The translations under genes and the position numbers were made by a program. A DNA stretch of 64,000 bases from a virus (lineage: Duplodnaviria > Caudoviricetes). The DNA lies in the IMG/VR virus record IMGVR_UViG_3300021431_000089, positions 1 to 64,000 of that record. The stretch is one strand, 5' to 3'. Positions within the stretch are counted from its first letter, which is position 1, and each line of letters begins with the position of its first letter. The notes beneath the pieces were generated by a model, which worked only from the letters and a program-made list of their open reading frames with translations, was not told the origin of the DNA and did not search any database. Positions 60,597-64,000 of the stretch are shown here, one piece after another.

Positions 60597-60824
60597 ATGA
60601 AAAATTTAACACCTGTAACAAGATTAGAGAAGTATCTTCATGCAATTGCGACCGGAGAGTCGATCAACCTAACTCCGACGAACGACGAAGAGAAGCTGCT
60701 CGACGCGATCATGCGTGGAAATGGAGAGTCGATCCACATCAACCCGAAGACGCGTGATAGTTATTTCCTCGCAAAGATTGCTGGCGCACACATTGTCGGA
60801 GAAGACACTGGAAACTTCGATTAA
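60597..60824 (+). CDS. Small repeat protein (PxTRxE motif x3)
   Basis: NLTPVTRLEKYL / NLTPTNDEEKLL / INPKTRDSYFL. Confidence 0.7.
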   Translation: MKNLTPVTRLEKYLHAIATGESINLTPTNDEEKLLDAIMRGNGESIHINPKTRDSYFLAKIAGAHIVGEDTGNFD

Positions 60825-60855
60825 AAGGATCAAGTGTGAGGAGGCATGAATAGTT

Positions 60856-61095
60856 ATGAAGAATTTAACACCCGTAACCCGCGAAGAAAAGTTCATGGAC
60901 GCAATCGCAAAGCACGAAGTCATCAATCTTACACCTACAAACGATACGGAAAGATTACTTGATTCTATTATGCGCGATAGTCCAATCGCAATTAACCCCA
61001 AAACACGCACTGATTACTTCATCGCAAAGAACGCATCTGCGACAATCCTCGGAGAACCGAAGACTGATGATGTTACAGTGTCCGATGAACAGTAA
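60856..61095 (+). CDS. Small repeat protein, tandem paralog
   Basis: Same MKNLTPVTR start and three repeats. Confidence 0.7.
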   Translation: MKNLTPVTREEKFMDAIAKHEVINLTPTNDTERLLDSIMRDSPIAINPKTRTDYFIAKNASATILGEPKTDDVTVSDEQ

Positions 61096-61108
61096 AATTA
61101 ACTAGACC

Positions 61109-61131
61109 AGCCCAGCGCAAGCTGGGCTTTT
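61109..61131 (+). terminator. Intrinsic terminator
   Basis: AGCCCAGC-GCAA-GCTGGGCT-TTT. Confidence 0.65.
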
Positions 61132-61133
61132 AT

Positions 61134-61207
61134 CCCCCTGTGGCCTAATGGTAAGGCAAGCGACTTTGACTCGCTACATATGGGTTCGACCCCCATCAGG
61201 GGTGCCA
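61134..61207 (+). tRNA. tRNA-Gln (TTG)
   Basis: Anticodon arm AGCGA-CTTTGAC-TCGCT; GGTTCGAC T-loop; G73, CCA. Confidence 0.88.
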
Positions 61208-61247
61208 TTTCTACATAGCTAAATACGGCTAATAAAATACCAGTTTG

Positions 61248-61376
61248 AGAGGGCGTAACTGCCCTCTTTTTTTTGTTTTGACGATGAATGTATATGAAAT
61301 TGTCGTGCGCAGATATGGCGGTTCACTAAAATAAAAAATAGGCAGATTGACTTAATTGTCAGTCTGCCTTCTTTTT
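61248..61376. terminator. Terminators at the convergence of late (+) and early (-) units
   Basis: AGAGGGC/GCCCTCT+T-tract; AGGCAGATTGAC/GTCAGTCTGCCT with an A-tract left and a T-tract right. Confidence 0.75.
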
Positions 61377-61516
61377 CACAATCGTTCAACTATAGCTTGT
61401 ATGAATACTATAACCCAAACCATTACCATGGCGAACATGGCAGCCTCTGCTAATGTACCCCCAATGTACATCCCTGTCAGCAGCAGGATTATTTGGAGTA
61501 TTACGTAGTCAATCAT
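61376..61516 (-). CDS. Small membrane protein, 46 aa
   Basis: MIDYVILQIILLLTGMYIGG...; overlaps the end of the upstream gene. Confidence 0.5.
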   Translation of the reverse strand: MIDYVILQIILLLTGMYIGGTLAEAAMFAMVMVWVIVFIQAIVERL

Positions 61517-61799
61517 CCCCATCATATGCTTCAATGAGATTCATCCACGCTGTTACCTTGGTGTGGTCATCCTCGATTTCACGGTACATGTAATCGTCCT
61601 CGTCGAGGCCGAACCATCCTGCGTGATCTTCAGTCGGAAAGTCCTCCGGGCAGAACTCATGCAGGTTTGTTGAATAACACGCCTTCTGTACGTTTCTGTA
61701 CTCGGCGAAGGTGCCAAGTCTACCGTGGATGGTTACGAGATACGTTTCACCGTCTTGGCCGTCAGGCAGCCGTTCACTCACTGGAATCCATTCGTTCAT
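61509..61799 (-). CDS. DUF551-like protein
   Basis: MNEWIPVSERLP...YLVT...VTAWM. Confidence 0.75.
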   Translation of the reverse strand: MNEWIPVSERLPDGQDGETYLVTIHGRLGTFAEYRNVQKACYSTNLHEFCPEDFPTEDHAGWFGLDEDDYMYREIEDDHTKVTAWMNLIEAYDGDD

Positions 61800-61956
61800 C
61801 TTGTTTTTCTCCTTTTCCGATAAATCTCTTTACTATAATAGCGATCGTAAGGCCTGTCATTTCGAACGCCATGCTTATCTCAATCACCAGCACAGTCGCC
61901 ACTATCGAGATCAGCACACAGGCAAGCGCAACTCCCATCGCTGTATGCATATCCAT
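61774..61956 (-). CDS. Small membrane protein
   Basis: Hydrophobic ORF in frame with the operon. Confidence 0.5.
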   Translation of the reverse strand: MDMHTAMGVALACVLISIVATVLVIEISMAFEMTGLTIAIIVKRFIGKGEKQDERMDSSE

Positions 61957-61959
61957 CAG

Positions 61960-62187
61960 TTAGTTGCCCTCACCGTCTATTGGTATCTGTACCGTGCAGA
62001 GGATATGTGTATCTGTACCGTACAGAGGAATCGTTCTGCCGTACTCATCTGTTGGTTGATACACCACACCACCGATTTCACATCCAGCTTCGCGCTCAAC
62101 TTCTTCCCTGACCGAAGCAAAGTAATTTGCGATTTCTTCGTGCGATCTCTCGGTGCTGCCGATGATCTCAATTTTGAAATAATTCAT
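61960..62187 (-). CDS. Hypothetical protein
   Basis: AGGAGG RBS. Confidence 0.6.
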   Translation of the reverse strand: MNYFKIEIIGSTERSHEEIANYFASVREEVEREAGCEIGGVVYQPTDEYGRTIPLYGTDTHILCTVQIPIDGEGN

Positions 62188-62902
62188 TCGCCCTCCTGTC
62201 GTTTATCTTTAATACATCGTCATAGATGATTCTTACGTCCCTGAATTTTCTGTCCATATGGTAATGACCCGCATACCACTTTTCATAGCTGACGTTGCCG
62301 AGTAATTCTTCCAAGAAGTAGTTAAGCTCGTTTGGCTTGTATAATCCGTGGCTAAGTTCGTAGAGTGTGTTCGCGGGTATGTCGTGCGTGAATATGTAGT
62401 CTACGGTGTTGTCGTTTGCGCGAAGATTCTTCTTTGCCTCTGCGTATTCGAATGAGGACGGCATCTCTTCATCCCACCAGTTGACTCCCCTGTCTGCATA
62501 CTCCGTCTTTGTATACACGCCGCGATCAACCGATCTCGCCCCGCCCATTGCGAAAATCTTCTTTCCGTCGATGTTGAATACCTGACCGCGCATTAGGTGG
62601 ATGACCGAATCGCGTAGGAACTGCACCCTGCCGCCTTTCCACTCTTCGAATTTAAATCTGTTATAAAGCGCTGTGAAGTTCTCGTGATTTCCATCAACGA
62701 ACAGCGTCGTCCATGGAAAGTTATTTATATAATCGAGCCAGTATCTTTCCACCTCGTCCTCGCGGTTCTCCCACACAAATCCGAAATCACCGCAGATAAC
62801 AACGTAATCATCTTTAGTCAGTTCTTTGCCTTTGCCCGCCTCAAAGCGAAGCAACTTTTTAATATCGTATGTCCCGTGGGTGTCGCCAGTTACATAAAAC
62901 AT
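62168..62902 (-). CDS. Metallophosphoesterase
   Basis: TGDTHG, CGDFG, DGNHEN, FTHD, AGHYH. Confidence 0.85.
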   Translation of the reverse strand: MFYVTGDTHGTYDIKKLLRFEAGKGKELTKDDYVVICGDFGFVWENREDEVERYWLDYINNFPWTTLFVDGNHENFTALYNRFKFEEWKGGRVQFLRDSVIHLMRGQVFNIDGKKIFAMGGARSVDRGVYTKTEYADRGVNWWDEEMPSSFEYAEAKKNLRANDNTVDYIFTHDIPANTLYELSHGLYKPNELNYFLEELLGNVSYEKWYAGHYHMDRKFRDVRIIYDDVLKINDRRANELFQN

Positions 62903-63031
62903 AATTCTTATCACCTTCCCTGAGTCCCATACAGCCATTCTGAGGCGCACGGCAGAACCATGATCGAGTGTTCAAAGTTGCCAGAGAATCGCTCGGCAGA
63001 GGCTCTGTGTGGCTGTGTGTGGCTGTTATGC

Positions 63032-63322
63032 CTAATCATCTTCTGTTTCCATATCTTCGCCGTATTCGCAGTATACCGAGTCGTCGAAGTCGGCGATGTC
63101 GACACGTGCGACACCATACATACGCCGATCCAAGTTCGATCCGTAACTCGTCAATCCAAGCGTATAGAGCTTGTAATATGCGTGTGCGATGTTTGTTTGC
63201 AGGTCGATCAGGATCTCCTTAGCCATGTTTGCATTGTGCTCGTCTAGGAACGTGCCAATTACTCGGTCGAAATCCTCGCCTGATTCATGAAGCAGATAAA
63301 TGTACGGTTCTGTTATTCTCAT
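63032..63322 (-). CDS. Hypothetical protein
   Basis: AGGAGG RBS. Confidence 0.6.
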   Translation of the reverse strand: MRITEPYIYLLHESGEDFDRVIGTFLDEHNANMAKEILIDLQTNIAHAYYKLYTLGLTSYGSNLDRRMYGVARVDIADFDDSVYCEYGEDMETEDD

Positions 63323-63343
63323 GTGACCTCCTGTTTTTATCGA

Positions 63344-63390
63344 GGAATTACTTGGGGAATTAATTGGGGAATTAGTTGGGGAATTAATTG
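63344..63390. repeat. 12-bp tandem repeat, about 4 copies
   Basis: GGAATTA(C/A/G)TTGG units. Confidence 0.85.
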
Positions 63391-63493
63391 CTATTGATTC
63401 CTGAAGTAATGCTTCGATTGATGAGCAAACTACATATCATAGCGGCCCGCCCGTCATTCAAAAGTGGTAAATAGGTGGTACAAACTGAGTTGA

Positions 63494-63527
63494 AAATAAA
63501 AGAAACGCCCGATTTATAGGCGTTTCT
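63494..63527 (-). terminator. Terminator-like hairpin downstream of the integrase
   Basis: AGAAACGCC/GGCGTTTCT with a T-rich tail on the minus strand. Confidence 0.55.
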
Positions 63528-63535
63528 GAGCTCTG

Positions 63536-63562
63536 TTAGCACTGTCAATATCAAAGTGCTAA
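63536..63562. promoter_or_regulatory. CIRCE-like operator (HrcA site)
   Basis: TTAGCACTG-N9-AAGTGCTAA versus consensus TTAGCACTC-N9-GAGTGCTAA (8/9 in each arm, exact spacer). Confidence 0.8.
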
Positions 63563-63694
63563 GTTCTTCTCAGATCGTCTCAAATCGTTTTAAATCGCCA
63601 TTTCTGGCTATTCCTATTTAATATATCGTCTCAAATCGTCTTTATTCGTTGCTGTCAAAAGTGGTACAAAGAGTGGTACAACCATGCATGCGTG

Positions 63695-64000
63695 TCATAA
63701 CACCTTACCATTTAACTTTTTAAAGCTCTCCTTTTTGGCGTCCTTGGTCGCCTCGTTGTAAACGTCCATCGTAACCGTGATGGATGAGTGTCCCATCACT
63801 TCTTGGATAACTTTCAGGTTTGATTCATTCTCGCACAGCCTTGTGCAGAATGTATGGCGCAATACGTGAACGCTGAATTTCGGCAAGTATACACACTTTT
63901 TGCCGATATTCCAATTCGCTTCAACCTGTTCGTTGTAATCTCTCTGGATCGCATACAGCGCCGCGTTTACGGTGCCGGGGATCGGCAATGACCCAAACTT
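63695..64000 (-). CDS. int: Tyrosine integrase, C-terminal part (runs off the window)
   Basis: HVLRHTFCTRL..IQEVMGHSSITVTMDVY. Confidence 0.9.
   Translation of the reverse strand, partial: KFGSLPIPGTVNAALYAIQRDYNEQVEANWNIGKKCVYLPKFSVHVLRHTFCTRLCENESNLKVIQEVMGHSSITVTMDVYNEATKDAKKESFKKLNGKVL

Larger units (their letters stand above)
63460..63682. mobile_element. Putative attP: paired arm-type repeats flanking a palindromic core
   Basis: AAAAGTGGTAAATAGGTGGTACAA (~63460-83) and AAAAGTGGTACAAAGAGTGGTACAA (~63657-81); ATCGTCTCAAATCGT x2; directly downstream of the integrase. Confidence 0.65.

Overview
This window is a contiguous segment of a large temperate siphovirus of a Firmicutes (Bacillota) host, organised like SPbeta. 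From left to right it holds: a repeat-rich end with a divergent HTH gene; an SF2 helicase; a YonO-like single-subunit RNA polymerase (DFDGD); a phosphoesterase, tRNA-fMet, tyrosine recombinase and HU; then terminase, portal, protease/scaffold, capsid and tail tube. A ~10 kb accessory insert follows (nrdDG, a glycan-binding/GH16 cassette, an RHH moron, an uncharacterised 5-gene module, RusA). After it come the tape measure, Dit, Tal, a long fibre/adhesin cluster, a second glycan cassette, lysis genes and tRNA-Gln, then convergent early genes and the 3' end of an integrase with an apparently intact attP. Three observations stand out. (1) Two distant two-gene cassettes (Ig+lectin protein, then a docking-repeat+enzyme protein) are each bounded by matching short DNA sites with tyrosine-recombinase-like geometry, suggesting a swappable glycan-enzyme cassette system. 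(2) A CIRCE (HrcA) operator sits at the centre of the putative attP. (3) The fibre genes carry recurring C-terminal/N-terminal motif pairs that suggest a daisy-chain assembly. All product calls come from motif reading and gene order; no database searches were run.
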